DNA from: Spirochaetales bacterium
Lineage (GTDB): Bacteria; Spirochaetota; Spirochaetia; JABEVK01
DNA: 64,000 nucleotides
Assembly (NCBI GenBank): GCA_027451945.1
Contig: DAIDHT010000035.1
Location: 2,380-66,379, forward strand
Direction: 5' to 3'
Numbering within the stretch: the first letter of the stretch is position 1; each line of letters begins with the position of its first letter. The notes beneath the pieces are model-generated. The model searched no databases and was not told the origin of the DNA. It worked only from the letters and a program-made list of their open reading frames with translations. Made by a program: the position numbers and the translations under genes. This document shows, piece by piece, positions 44,963-53,967 of the stretch.

Positions 44963-45460
44963 CTAATTTTCTTCTTTATGGATTTGATCTTTAAGAATTG
45001 ACTCGAGTACAGAAAATTTCTTGGCATTTTCAGCAGAAATCTCGCTCAAATTTTGATGAGCGCCCAGCAGAATCTCGGGACTAGGATCTTGTGTTTTCGT
45101 TACGAGTTTCCAGAAGTCGGGCTCACCTGTGTCAAGCCGACCTTCTACCAGTCTCATTAACTTCCAAATTCCTAAACCTTGAAGGAGTTTCTCACATTCT
45201 CGACTTGGGTTCCAAAGCGTAAGAGACCGTCCGGTAAGAGATTTGAGCTTTTTGTGGAACCCCACTAACAAGCCCATGAAGGTAGAATCCATATAGGTGC
45301 ATTCCGAGAGATCAGCAAAAAGCTCAAGGGGAACTGGAGTTTGTTCAAGTCTCTCAGTGACCAAGGCTTTCAGGTCAACAGAAAGAGCCGCCGTAATATG
45401 GCCTACGGCTTTAATGAAAATTCCTGCCGAAGTCTCTTGGAAATATAATGCTTCTGACAC
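44963..45460 (-). CDS. STAS-domain protein (anti-sigma-factor-antagonist fold) with C-terminal extension
   Basis: ADLSECTYMDSTFMGLLVGF...LTLWNPSRECEKLLQGLGI matches the STAS core. GTG start. Confidence 0.6.
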   Translation of the reverse strand: MSEALYFQETSAGIFIKAVGHITAALSVDLKALVTERLEQTPVPLELFADLSECTYMDSTFMGLLVGFHKKLKSLTGRSLTLWNPSRECEKLLQGLGIWKLMRLVEGRLDTGEPDFWKLVTKTQDPSPEILLGAHQNLSEISAENAKKFSVLESILKDQIHKEEN

Positions 45461-45466
45461 AACTCT

Positions 45467-45494
45467 ATTATAATCGATTTTCAGCGAATGACAA
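45467..45494 (-). promoter_or_regulatory. promoter TTGTCA-N16-TATAAT, 6 nt upstream of GTG 45460 (leaderless candidate)
   Basis: Consensus -10 on the minus strand at 45472-45467; -35 at 45494-45489. Confidence 0.5.
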
Positions 45495-45520
45495 CAGGAG
45501 TTCCGGACTTCGAGAACGCC

Positions 45521-45549
45521 TTGTGGGAAATTTCAACCTTCTTTAGAAT
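45521..45549 (+). promoter_or_regulatory. promoter TTGTGG-N17-TAGAAT, 6 nt upstream of mutS ATG 45556 (leaderless candidate)
   Basis: Hexamers at 45521-45526 and 45544-45549. No Shine-Dalgarno. Confidence 0.45.
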
Positions 45550-45555
45550 GAAAAA

Positions 45556-48147
45556 ATGATCGAACCTACCCCGATGATGCGTCAATACCTCACCTTGAAA
45601 GCCCAGCATCAAGACAAAATACTTTTTTTTAGACTTGGTGATTTCTATGAAATGTTTCTGGAGGATGCTCATGAGGCAAGTAAGCTGTTGGGGTTAACTT
45701 TGACTCAGCGTCAGGGAGTCCCCATGTGCGGTATTCCGTACCATGCGGCCTCCACTTATATCAAAAAGCTTCTTGACCTCGGAAAGCGAATTGCCGTTTG
45801 TGAACAAAATGCCCCGCAAGGCGGCAAGGGGATGATGGGGCGTGAAGTTGTGGAGGTTTTGAGTCCTGGTGCCGTGGTAGACGACAATTTAATGAATGGT
45901 GGTGCTTCACAGTATCTCGTCGCGTTGTTTTGGCAAAACCAACATTGTGCCTTGGCAGCTTCCGACTTCTCTACCGGCGAAATTTGGACCACGGTTGTCC
46001 GTTGGGAAAAGGGTGAAGCCCTACAACGCGAGTTACTCCGCTTTCAGCCAAGAGAAATTTTGCTAGAAGAAGGGGTGAGAGAGGCCTATCCCGAGCTTGC
46101 CTCTTGGGAAAAAAGTGAATCTTCGCCGTTGATAACAGAACTTCCCCCTTGGTATTTTGAGCTTGCCAGAACCAAAGACAGAGTATTGAGGCATTTTGAG
46201 GTCATGAGTCCTGCAGCACTCGGTTGGCAACCTCATTCGTTAGAGTTGATTCCCTTGGGAGTGCTTCTTGCGTATGCGGATAGTCGTTGGCCTGGAAAAA
46301 ATCCTGAGCATTTAAAAAAACTCAAAAAATATCGACCCGAAGATTATCTCGGGATAGATGAGGCTACGGCGAAAAGCCTGGAATTGAGTGATCGGAATCG
46401 TGGAGGGGAAGGGTTCACCCTTTGGAAGGTTCTTAACTCTACGGAAACGGCACCAGGTGCCAGGCTTTTAAAGTCGTGGATTCATTTTCCTCTCAAGAAC
46501 CTTGATGAAATTTTGGCAAGACAGGCCGACGTTGCTTATTATGTGGAATCGCCTTCGCCCCATCAACAAATTCGGGATACCTTATCGGGAATGCTTGATT
46601 GGGAGCGACTGACCTCTCGTTTGGTTTTGGACAAAGCCTCACCCCGTGATTTGGGAGGACTTCTTGTCTGTCTTGAACGTACAGGGGATTTAGCAAAATT
46701 TTGGGATCAAAGACGGCTCGATAACGCTCCAATTTCGCTTTCGCAAGAGGTGCAACAGGAACTGGCAAGCGAACAAGAGTTTTTAAGGTCGGCCCTAAAT
46801 AAAGAATTACCCCTAGTTTTGCAAGACGGAGGCGTCTTTGCCCCAGGTTTTAATGCCCAACTAGATCAAGATCGCTTTGCTCGCGATCACGGCGAGGAGT
46901 TAATTCAGGGATATGCAGAAAAAGAAAAGCAAAAGTCTTCTCTTAATACTCTTAGGATCAAAAGTAACAAAATCTTAGGCTATTTTTTTGAAGTATCAAG
47001 AGTTCAAGCTCAAAATTTACCGTCGCATTTTCGTCGGAAACAAAGCCTAGTGGGTACAGAACGCTATACAACCGATGAACTTGAAGCTCTTCAGGTGACT
47101 GTGGAAACAGCACAAGCTCGAGTTTTAGAAATCGAACGAAACCTCTATGAGGATTTGATAAAACGCTTACGGTCCCATGTAGTCGCTTTTCAAAAAGCGG
47201 CGCAATTTTGTTCGTATGTCGATGCTGTACAAAGTTTAGCAACCGTGGCGCGGCGTTTTCATTACACACGCCCAGAGTTGCATCCCGGGTACGATTTAGA
47301 AATTCGAGCGGGTCGTCACCCCATGGTCGAGGCAGCTCTCAAGGAAACTCCTTTTGTTCCCAATTCTGTTAACTTTTCAGAAACGGACGTTCTGCATTTG
47401 TTGACTGGGCCCAATATGGCGGGTAAATCCACATTTTTGAGGCAAACCGCGTTGATCGTCCTCATGGCGCAAATGGGAGGCTATGTGCCGGCGGAGTTTG
47501 CCAGAGTCGGAATTGTTGATCAAATCTTTTGTCGAGTAGGGTCAGGAGACGATCTTTCACGCGGTGAATCAACCTTTCTGGTAGAAATGAATGAGACCTC
47601 CTACATTCTGCGGCAGGCAACCTCTGCCAGTTTAATTGTCATGGATGAAGTGGGGAGGGGGACGAGTACCAGAGACGGACTGTCGTTGGCTTGGGCGCTT
47701 TGCGAGTACTTATTAAATCGAATACGCGCTAAGACGTTATTTGCGACCCATTATCACGAGTTGACCGCTCTTGAACACCCAGAAAAACATAACTTTTGCT
47801 TAGCTGTAGAGGAGGATGGTGCTGACGTAATTTTTCTTCGTCGTGTCATTCCTGGCGCGGCGGATCACTCCTATGGAATTTATGTCGCAAGGTTAGCAGG
47901 TTTACCTACAGAACTTTTACAGCGTGCCACGAGTATTCTTGAGGGGCTTTTGCCTGAAAATGAAGTGTCTCTAGGTGAAAAGCAAAAAAAGAAGGTCATA
48001 GAAACACCTATTGTTCAGGCAAGTCTGTTTGATGAAAACGAATTATTGCTCACTGAGATCGCTGGGCTTGAATTAAACCGGCTGACACCTCTAGAGGCGC
48101 TTAATTGGATCGATCATTGGCAAAAATCTTTGAAAGCCAAACGATAG
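45556..48147 (+). CDS. mutS: DNA mismatch repair protein MutS
   Basis: TPMMRQYL...FFRLGDFYEMF, GPNMAGKST, DEVGRGTST. Confidence 0.95.
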   Translation: MIEPTPMMRQYLTLKAQHQDKILFFRLGDFYEMFLEDAHEASKLLGLTLTQRQGVPMCGIPYHAASTYIKKLLDLGKRIAVCEQNAPQGGKGMMGREVVEVLSPGAVVDDNLMNGGASQYLVALFWQNQHCALAASDFSTGEIWTTVVRWEKGEALQRELLRFQPREILLEEGVREAYPELASWEKSESSPLITELPPWYFELARTKDRVLRHFEVMSPAALGWQPHSLELIPLGVLLAYADSRWPGKNPEHLKKLKKYRPEDYLGIDEATAKSLELSDRNRGGEGFTLWKVLNSTETAPGARLLKSWIHFPLKNLDEILARQADVAYYVESPSPHQQIRDTLSGMLDWERLTSRLVLDKASPRDLGGLLVCLERTGDLAKFWDQRRLDNAPISLSQEVQQELASEQEFLRSALNKELPLVLQDGGVFAPGFNAQLDQDRFARDHGEELIQGYAEKEKQKSSLNTLRIKSNKILGYFFEVSRVQAQNLPSHFRRKQSLVGTERYTTDELEALQVTVETAQARVLEIERNLYEDLIKRLRSHVVAFQKAAQFCSYVDAVQSLATVARRFHYTRPELHPGYDLEIRAGRHPMVEAALKETPFVPNSVNFSETDVLHLLTGPNMAGKSTFLRQTALIVLMAQMGGYVPAEFARVGIVDQIFCRVGSGDDLSRGESTFLVEMNETSYILRQATSASLIVMDEVGRGTSTRDGLSLAWALCEYLLNRIRAKTLFATHYHELTALEHPEKHNFCLAVEEDGADVIFLRRVIPGAADHSYGIYVARLAGLPTELLQRATSILEGLLPENEVSLGEKQKKKVIETPIVQASLFDENELLLTEIAGLELNRLTPLEALNWIDHWQKSLKAKR

Positions 48148-48148
48148 C

Positions 48149-48832
48149 TTGGCTGTCTTTCTAGGTATGTGGTTACAACGGTATCGCTGTCTCATTTGCG
48201 GGGCACCTTTTGTTCCGGATCACCAACTTGAGGATGTTTGTCCGCTATGCTGGCATCAGCGGGTTCAAAAAAAAGACCCGGGACCTACTTGCGAACTTTG
48301 TCATCAACCTCTCCTTACCGAGACAAAATTTTGCATGGACTGTCAAACTCAAAGCTGGTCCTTTACGGAACTTATCGGTCTAGGCCCCTACAATTCGTGG
48401 GTTGGATTTTGGACCGCCCAATATAAAATGCGACCTATTCCTCAGCTAAATCGGGCACTACTTTCACTTTTTGCTTGGGACGATCTGCCCCCTGGTGTCG
48501 TCGTTCCCGTTCCTTCCCATCACCGTAGAGTGTGGCAACGGGGATGGGATCCTGTTGAAGCCCTTGCTCAAGCCATCAGCAAAAGAACAAAATGGCCCTT
48601 AAGACACTTTCTACGAAGACACGCAGGAGAAAAACAAAAACTTCTCGGTCGAGGAAAGCGTTTTCAAAATGCAAAAAGCTCTTTTTTTTGGTCGGGAAGC
48701 GAGACTCAGGAGCAGCTTGTTTGGCTTGTTGACGATGTTGTGACCACAGGTGCTACTGTCGAGGCCTGCTCGGCCCTGCTCAGAAATCATGGGGCGAAAG
48801 AAGTTAAGGTTCTCTGCCTTTCTTTACATTAG
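48149..48832 (+). CDS. comF: ComF-family phosphoribosyltransferase-domain protein
   Basis: N-terminal Cys4 fingers (CLICG...CPLCW, CELC...CMDC). PRTase motif WLVDDVVTTGAT. Start is TTG 48149 or ATG 48167. Confidence 0.8.
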   Translation: MAVFLGMWLQRYRCLICGAPFVPDHQLEDVCPLCWHQRVQKKDPGPTCELCHQPLLTETKFCMDCQTQSWSFTELIGLGPYNSWVGFWTAQYKMRPIPQLNRALLSLFAWDDLPPGVVVPVPSHHRRVWQRGWDPVEALAQAISKRTKWPLRHFLRRHAGEKQKLLGRGKRFQNAKSSFFWSGSETQEQLVWLVDDVVTTGATVEACSALLRNHGAKEVKVLCLSLH

Positions 48833-48908
48833 GCATAGCCTCTTACTTGACAAAATTAAAGGTTTTTTGTAGTGTCGTTTCAAGACTAGATTAAGAGGAA
48901 TGAGCTAA

Positions 48909-48933
48909 AGAGTCGGAAACGGCTCTTTTTTTT
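48909..48933 (+). terminator. intrinsic terminator / possible attenuator between comF and rimP
   Basis: 7-bp stem AGAGTCG / CGGCTCT (one G-U pair) with a GAAA tetraloop, followed by a run of T (48927-48933). Confidence 0.55.
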
Positions 48934-48943
48934 ATGGTGCCGT

Positions 48944-49390
48944 ATGTTGCTTTCCCTTCCCGATGACCCCTTGTTTCTTGCTCTCGATCAGTTTCTCGGT
49001 GTAGAAAAAGCCAGACTTTTAGAAGTTGCCGCTCGAACAAAGAACGGAACGACTAAGGTTTCTTTGACGATTTATTCTCCCGAAGGATTAACGTTAGAAG
49101 GTTTGGCGCACTTGCATAAACTGTTATTGCCTAAGCTTGAGGAGCTTCTGAATACAGAAGATTTGTATGTTGAAGTGGGGACCCCGGGTTTGGAGCGAAA
49201 TTTAAAATATGATTTTGAATTGGAGTTGTTCCAGGGGCGCCCAATTCAGATTTTACGAGATGGTGACTCTGAATGGCTGTCAGGTACTTTGAGTGAGGCG
49301 AAGGATGCCTCCCTTATGCTTGAAACTGAGAAGGGCTCTGTACAAATTACTAAAAAAGAAATTCGTAAAGCAAGGTTGAATGATCTATAG
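48944..49390 (+). CDS. rimP: ribosome maturation factor RimP
   Basis: YVEVGTPGLERNLK (the SPGxxR motif region). 148 aa. Position before nusA. Confidence 0.85.
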   Translation: MLLSLPDDPLFLALDQFLGVEKARLLEVAARTKNGTTKVSLTIYSPEGLTLEGLAHLHKLLLPKLEELLNTEDLYVEVGTPGLERNLKYDFELELFQGRPIQILRDGDSEWLSGTLSEAKDASLMLETEKGSVQITKKEIRKARLNDL

Positions 49391-49411
49391 ATTTTTTTCT
49401 GGGAGGATGTT

Positions 49412-50890
49412 GTGAACTCCGAATTTTCTGATGCGATTCATCAAATCACGCAGGATAAAGGAATCTCTAATGACCTAATCGAAAAGGTTGTCGAAGAATT
49501 CTTATTGGCAGCCTATAAAAAAACGTTTGGTACATCTGACAACGCTGTTGTTAAAATGTCCAGTGAAAATGATGGGGTCAAGATTTTTGCGAAACGTACT
49601 GTGGTTGAAGATGATGATTTGTATGACCCTGTAGGTGAAATTGAACTGACTCAGGCGAAAGCGCTCAATGAAGAGGCTACTGTTGGTGACGAGATTCTCG
49701 TCGAAATTGACCCGAAAGAGTTTGATCGTCAGGCAGTTTATACTGCAAAACAGCGGGCGAAACAGTACCTGAGGGATATCCAGAAAGATAGTTTGTATTC
49801 TGAGTTTAGTGATAAAGTGAATGAAGTTATCATTGGCTATTATCAACGAGAACGAAACGGCAATATTTACGTCGATCTGGGGCGAACTGAAGGTATTCTG
49901 CCGCGAAAAAATCAATCACCGCGCGAAACCTACGCTCCAGGATCTCGGATTAAAAGCTTAATCCAAGAAGTTCGTAAAACGCCGGGTGGTTTGCAAATCG
50001 TTCTAACACGTCGTGATCCCGAATTTGTTAAACGCTTGTTTGAAATTGAAGTTCCTGAAATTTATGAGCAAGTTATTATCATTCAGAAAATTGTTCGGGA
50101 AGCAGGGTATCGCACAAAGGTTGCGGTTCGCTCCGTCAAGGAAGAAATTGATCCAATTGGAGCCTGCGTTGGCTTGAAGGGCATGAGAATTCAGGCTGTG
50201 ATGAAGGAGTTGGATGGCGAGCGTATAGATATCTTGCGCTGGGATCCTGACCCGAAAACCTTCATTCAGAACGCCATGTCTCCTGCTCAAGTCAGTCAGG
50301 TCGTTATTCTTGATGAGTCTAAGCATCAAGCCTTGGTGGTGGTTCAAGAAAGCCAGCTTTCCTTGGCGATTGGCAAGCAAGGAATGAATGTCAAGTTGGC
50401 CAATAGGCTTTGTGATTGGAGTATTGACGTTAAAACTGAAGAGCAGTTTGCGGAAATGGATCTGTCACGCGAAGCTCGAGAGGCAGCACATGGTCTTTTC
50501 AGACCTGAGGAGGTTGCCGAAGAAGGTGTCATTACCAAGATTTCTGAACTTGAGGGAGTTTCCCCTCGGGTTGTGGAAATCTTGGCAGAGCATGGTATTG
50601 TACTAATTGAAACTCTCCTGAATATGTCTAGGACAGATCTGAATAAGATTGATGGCATAACGGCTCAAGATGTTGAGAACCTGATGAAGGTAATTAACGA
50701 GAATGTTGAAATCGTGGATGAAGAAGGTCAGTCGAGTGAGATTGATTATTCTTCCCAGGATGATGTAGAATACGAAGAAGAATTCGAATGTCCCGAATGT
50801 GGGCACCCCGTTCAGATCAATATGACCCAATGTCCCAATTGTGGTGTCGGTTTGAGTTTTGAGATTGAAGACGAGGAATCTGAGGAATAA
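49412..50890 (+). CDS. nusA: transcription termination/antitermination factor NusA (with C-terminal zinc ribbon)
   Basis: S1 domain ([15 protein letters not shown]), KH domains ([25 protein letters not shown]), HhH-like domain, then CPECG...CPNCG. GTG start with GGGAGGA Shine-Dalgarno. Confidence 0.93.
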   Translation: MNSEFSDAIHQITQDKGISNDLIEKVVEEFLLAAYKKTFGTSDNAVVKMSSENDGVKIFAKRTVVEDDDLYDPVGEIELTQAKALNEEATVGDEILVEIDPKEFDRQAVYTAKQRAKQYLRDIQKDSLYSEFSDKVNEVIIGYYQRERNGNIYVDLGRTEGILPRKNQSPRETYAPGSRIKSLIQEVRKTPGGLQIVLTRRDPEFVKRLFEIEVPEIYEQVIIIQKIVREAGYRTKVAVRSVKEEIDPIGACVGLKGMRIQAVMKELDGERIDILRWDPDPKTFIQNAMSPAQVSQVVILDESKHQALVVVQESQLSLAIGKQGMNVKLANRLCDWSIDVKTEEQFAEMDLSREAREAAHGLFRPEEVAEEGVITKISELEGVSPRVVEILAEHGIVLIETLLNMSRTDLNKIDGITAQDVENLMKVINENVEIVDEEGQSSEIDYSSQDDVEYEEEFECPECGHPVQINMTQCPNCGVGLSFEIEDEESEE

Positions 50891-50898
50891 GAGACTTT

Positions 50899-53613
50899 AT
50901 GTCGGACGAACTGGAAAATAAAAAGCCCAAGGCTACTCTCATCAAGCACTCGAAACCGGAAGTGACACCGCCAATGGATTTAGAGGCGGAAAAGAAAAAA
51001 ACAGTCGTTGTTGTCAAAAAGAAGACTGTTGTCAAAAAGAAGGTTGTCGTTCATAAAGAAGAATCGACGGGTTCACAAACGGCTACGTCTAGTTCTCAAA
51101 CGTCGAATGCGGCAACTCCCGCAAAGACAGATGGTTCTTCTCGACCTGCTGCGAAAGCAGAACCGGTTGAGGGACGTTTGTCTGCCGAGAAAATTGCCGA
51201 ATTTATGTCAAAACGTCCTCAGGAGATGAGACGGTTTGATCCTTCGGAGGTTCGGCCTAAGCCTGAAGGCTTAAGGATTGAAACTAGTCGGCCACCACGT
51301 GAGCCACGAGAACGACCCCAAGGTGACCGCGATCGAAACGATCGTGGTGGGCGGTCATGGGGTGATAGGCCTCAAGGCGACCGTCCTCAGGGGGATAGAC
51401 CGCAGGGTGAACGTCATAGTTCTGGTTACAATCAAGGCGGTCAGCGTCCATGGGGTGATCGTACCCAGCAAGGTGGGGGAACTGGTGGTCCTCGCCCCTA
51501 TGATAATCGTGGGGGACAAGGGCAGCAGAGTCGTCCCTGGGGTGATAGACCTCAGGGTGATCGAAATCAGCAAGGCGGTCAGCGTCCTTGGGGTGATCGT
51601 TCTGGTGGTCCAGCGGGTTCACGTCCAGGGATGGGGTCTAGGCCTGGTGCTCCTTCTGGTCGTCCTGGTTTTGGTCCTCGTCCTGGCGGAGGGCGACCAG
51701 CACCGGCACCTGTTACTGAAGTAGCTAAGAAGGTAGAGCCTAAGAAATTCCGCTCGAAAAAAGAAAAAGCTTATAATAAAGAAAAAGAAGAGCTGTTTGA
51801 AAAGGCTCTTCAGCAGTCAAAGAAACAGTCGAATCGTGCCAATCCTATACCGAAAGAAATCGAAATCATGGAAGTGATTACGGTGGCGGAAATGGCTCGC
51901 AAGATGAACCTGAAGGCGTCAGATTTGATTTCAAAATTGATGTCAATGGGGATGTTGGTTACCATAAACGAACAAATTGACGCCGAAACAGCGACAATCC
52001 TTGCTTCTGAATATGGAACGACGGTAAAAATTGTCTCACTGTATGATGAGACGTTGATCGAAACCGAAGTTGATAAGCCCGAAGACTTAGTGCATCGAGC
52101 TCCCATTGTTACGATCATGGGTCACGTTGATCATGGAAAGACCAAGCTTCTTGATGCGATCCGCACAACGGACGTAGCAGGTGGTGAGCATGGTGGTATT
52201 ACTCAGCATATCGGTGCGTACCAGGTTCATACTCCTCACGGAGATATAACTTTCCTTGATACTCCCGGTCACGAGGCCTTCACACTGATGCGAGCTCGTG
52301 GTGCTCAGGTCACAGACATCGTAGTACTGGTTGTAGCGGCCAATGATGGGGTGATGCCTCAAACCTTAGAGGCTATTACTCACGCCAAAGACGCAAAAGT
52401 TCCCATTATCGTGGCAATCAATAAAGTCGACCTCCCGGAAGCAAACCCGGATCGTGTTCGTCAACAGCTTTCTGACCATGGTTTGATCCCAGAAAGTTGG
52501 GGCGGTCAGACAATGTACTGCGAGATTTCTGCGCTAAAGAAGATTGGTCTTGATCATCTTTTGGATACGATCCTGTTGCAGGCTGAGGTTTTGGAGCTCC
52601 GTGCTAGCAAAATTCGCCGAGCAGAAGGTAAGGTCATTGAATCACGCATCGATCAAGGCCGAGGTGTAGTTGCTTCTGTTCTGGTACAAAAAGGTGTTTT
52701 ACGCGTTGGCGACTACTTTATCGGTGGCGTTTTTTCAGGAAAAATCAGAGCTCTGTTCGATGACCACGGAAAATCGATTCGAGAAGCTTATCCTTCGACA
52801 CCAGTTGAGGTTTTAGGTTTTGACGGCATTCCCGATGCCGGTGACCCGTTCCAAGTAACTGAGACAGAGCGTGAAGCGCGAGAAATTGCCGAGAAACGCC
52901 AAGAGCTTCACAAGGTTGAAGTAGCTAAGAACGTCAAGAAAATTACTTTGGCAAACTTGTATACCACCATTCAAGACGGTGCTGTCCAAGAGTTGAAAGT
53001 GATTATTAAGGGTGACGTTCACGGTTCAGTCGAAGCTCTGAAAATTTCTTTAGAAAAACTGTCAACGCCAGAAGTTCGCTTGAATTGTATACAAGCCACG
53101 GCGGGAGCGATTATCGAAAGCGACGTGTACTTAGCTGCGGCTTCTGATGCCATCATCATCGGTTTTCATGTACGACCTACAGCAAAAGCCCAGGTTTTGG
53201 CCGAACGAGAAAGGGTTGAAATTCGTAAATACAATATTATTTATGATGCCGTTGAGGATATTCGCCAGGCTATGGAAGGGATGTTGGCTCCTGAACTTCG
53301 CGAGGAAGTTATCGGTCAAGCCGAAGTTCGTGATTCCTTTAAAGTGCCTAAAATCGGCTTAATTGCTGGGTGTATGGTTACTCAGGGTAAAGTTAAACGT
53401 GGTGTGAATGTTAATGTTATCCGTGACGGTATTCAAGTTTACAGTGGAAAGCTTAGTTCACTACGTAGGTTTAAAGATGATGCTCGTGAGGTAGCTGAAG
53501 GCTATGAATGCGGTATTGGGATCGAAAATTTCCAAGACATTCAGCTTGGCGATATTTTTGAGTTCATAGAAATCATTAAGGTCGCGAAGAAACTTGGTGA
53601 TTCTAGAGCTTAA
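50899..53613 (+). CDS. infB: translation initiation factor IF-2
   Basis: [13 protein letters not shown] and NKVD. 904 aa with a long low-complexity N-terminus. Confidence 0.95.
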   Translation: MSDELENKKPKATLIKHSKPEVTPPMDLEAEKKKTVVVVKKKTVVKKKVVVHKEESTGSQTATSSSQTSNAATPAKTDGSSRPAAKAEPVEGRLSAEKIAEFMSKRPQEMRRFDPSEVRPKPEGLRIETSRPPREPRERPQGDRDRNDRGGRSWGDRPQGDRPQGDRPQGERHSSGYNQGGQRPWGDRTQQGGGTGGPRPYDNRGGQGQQSRPWGDRPQGDRNQQGGQRPWGDRSGGPAGSRPGMGSRPGAPSGRPGFGPRPGGGRPAPAPVTEVAKKVEPKKFRSKKEKAYNKEKEELFEKALQQSKKQSNRANPIPKEIEIMEVITVAEMARKMNLKASDLISKLMSMGMLVTINEQIDAETATILASEYGTTVKIVSLYDETLIETEVDKPEDLVHRAPIVTIMGHVDHGKTKLLDAIRTTDVAGGEHGGITQHIGAYQVHTPHGDITFLDTPGHEAFTLMRARGAQVTDIVVLVVAANDGVMPQTLEAITHAKDAKVPIIVAINKVDLPEANPDRVRQQLSDHGLIPESWGGQTMYCEISALKKIGLDHLLDTILLQAEVLELRASKIRRAEGKVIESRIDQGRGVVASVLVQKGVLRVGDYFIGGVFSGKIRALFDDHGKSIREAYPSTPVEVLGFDGIPDAGDPFQVTETEREAREIAEKRQELHKVEVAKNVKKITLANLYTTIQDGAVQELKVIIKGDVHGSVEALKISLEKLSTPEVRLNCIQATAGAIIESDVYLAAASDAIIIGFHVRPTAKAQVLAERERVEIRKYNIIYDAVEDIRQAMEGMLAPELREEVIGQAEVRDSFKVPKIGLIAGCMVTQGKVKRGVNVNVIRDGIQVYSGKLSSLRRFKDDAREVAEGYECGIGIENFQDIQLGDIFEFIEIIKVAKKLGDSRA
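51355..51610 (+). repeat. imperfect in-frame tandem/dispersed repeats encoding WGDRPQGDR-type units inside infB
   Basis: The peptide WGDR occurs five times. The 30-mer CAAGGCGGTCAGCGTCC(A/T)TGGGGTGATCGT occurs at 51433-51462 and 51571-51600 with 1 mismatch. Confidence 0.75.
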
Positions 53614-53616
53614 AAA

Positions 53617-53967
53617 ATGAATGAAATCAGAAAGCGAAAGGTGGAAAGTCTCCTCCAGGCAAAGCTGGCGGAGATGATTCTCCTTCAAGACATTAAAGAC
53701 CCTCGTATCAATACCTTTCTCTGTGTCAATCGCGTTGATGTCTCAAATGATCTTTCGTATGGAAAAGTATATGTTGGATCTTTTCAACGAGATTCTACGC
53801 TCGAGAAAGCTGTTGAGGCTTTGAACCATGCGGTCGGTTATATTCATGGGGTTTTAGGAAAAAAACTTCCTTTGAGGTCAGTTCCTCATTTAACCTTTCT
53901 TGTTGACCATTCTATCGAAGATGCGATGTCGTTAAATCGAAAAATTGATGAAATCAATGCCCAATGA
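53617..53967 (+). CDS. rbfA: ribosome-binding factor A
   Basis: 116 aa. RKRKVESLLQ..L.......IKDPR and position after infB. Confidence 0.88.
   Translation: MNEIRKRKVESLLQAKLAEMILLQDIKDPRINTFLCVNRVDVSNDLSYGKVYVGSFQRDSTLEKAVEALNHAVGYIHGVLGKKLPLRSVPHLTFLVDHSIEDAMSLNRKIDEINAQ

Noticed and set aside
45481-45672. 63-aa minus-strand ORF spanning the STAS/mutS intergenic region and the mutS 5' end
   Set aside because: It overlaps the mutS start and both predicted promoters. There is no Shine-Dalgarno and no recognisable fold.
49502-50380. Minus-strand ORFs of 137 aa and 125 aa inside nusA
   Set aside because: They are antisense shadows of a strongly supported gene, with low-complexity hydrophobic translations and no expression signals.
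51278-51724. Alternative-frame ORFs (148 aa plus strand, 112 aa and 72 aa minus strand) within the infB repeat region
   Set aside because: The G/C-rich periodic repeat removes stop codons in several frames. The translations are repetitive V/G/H/D strings, and IF-2 continuity across the region is unambiguous.
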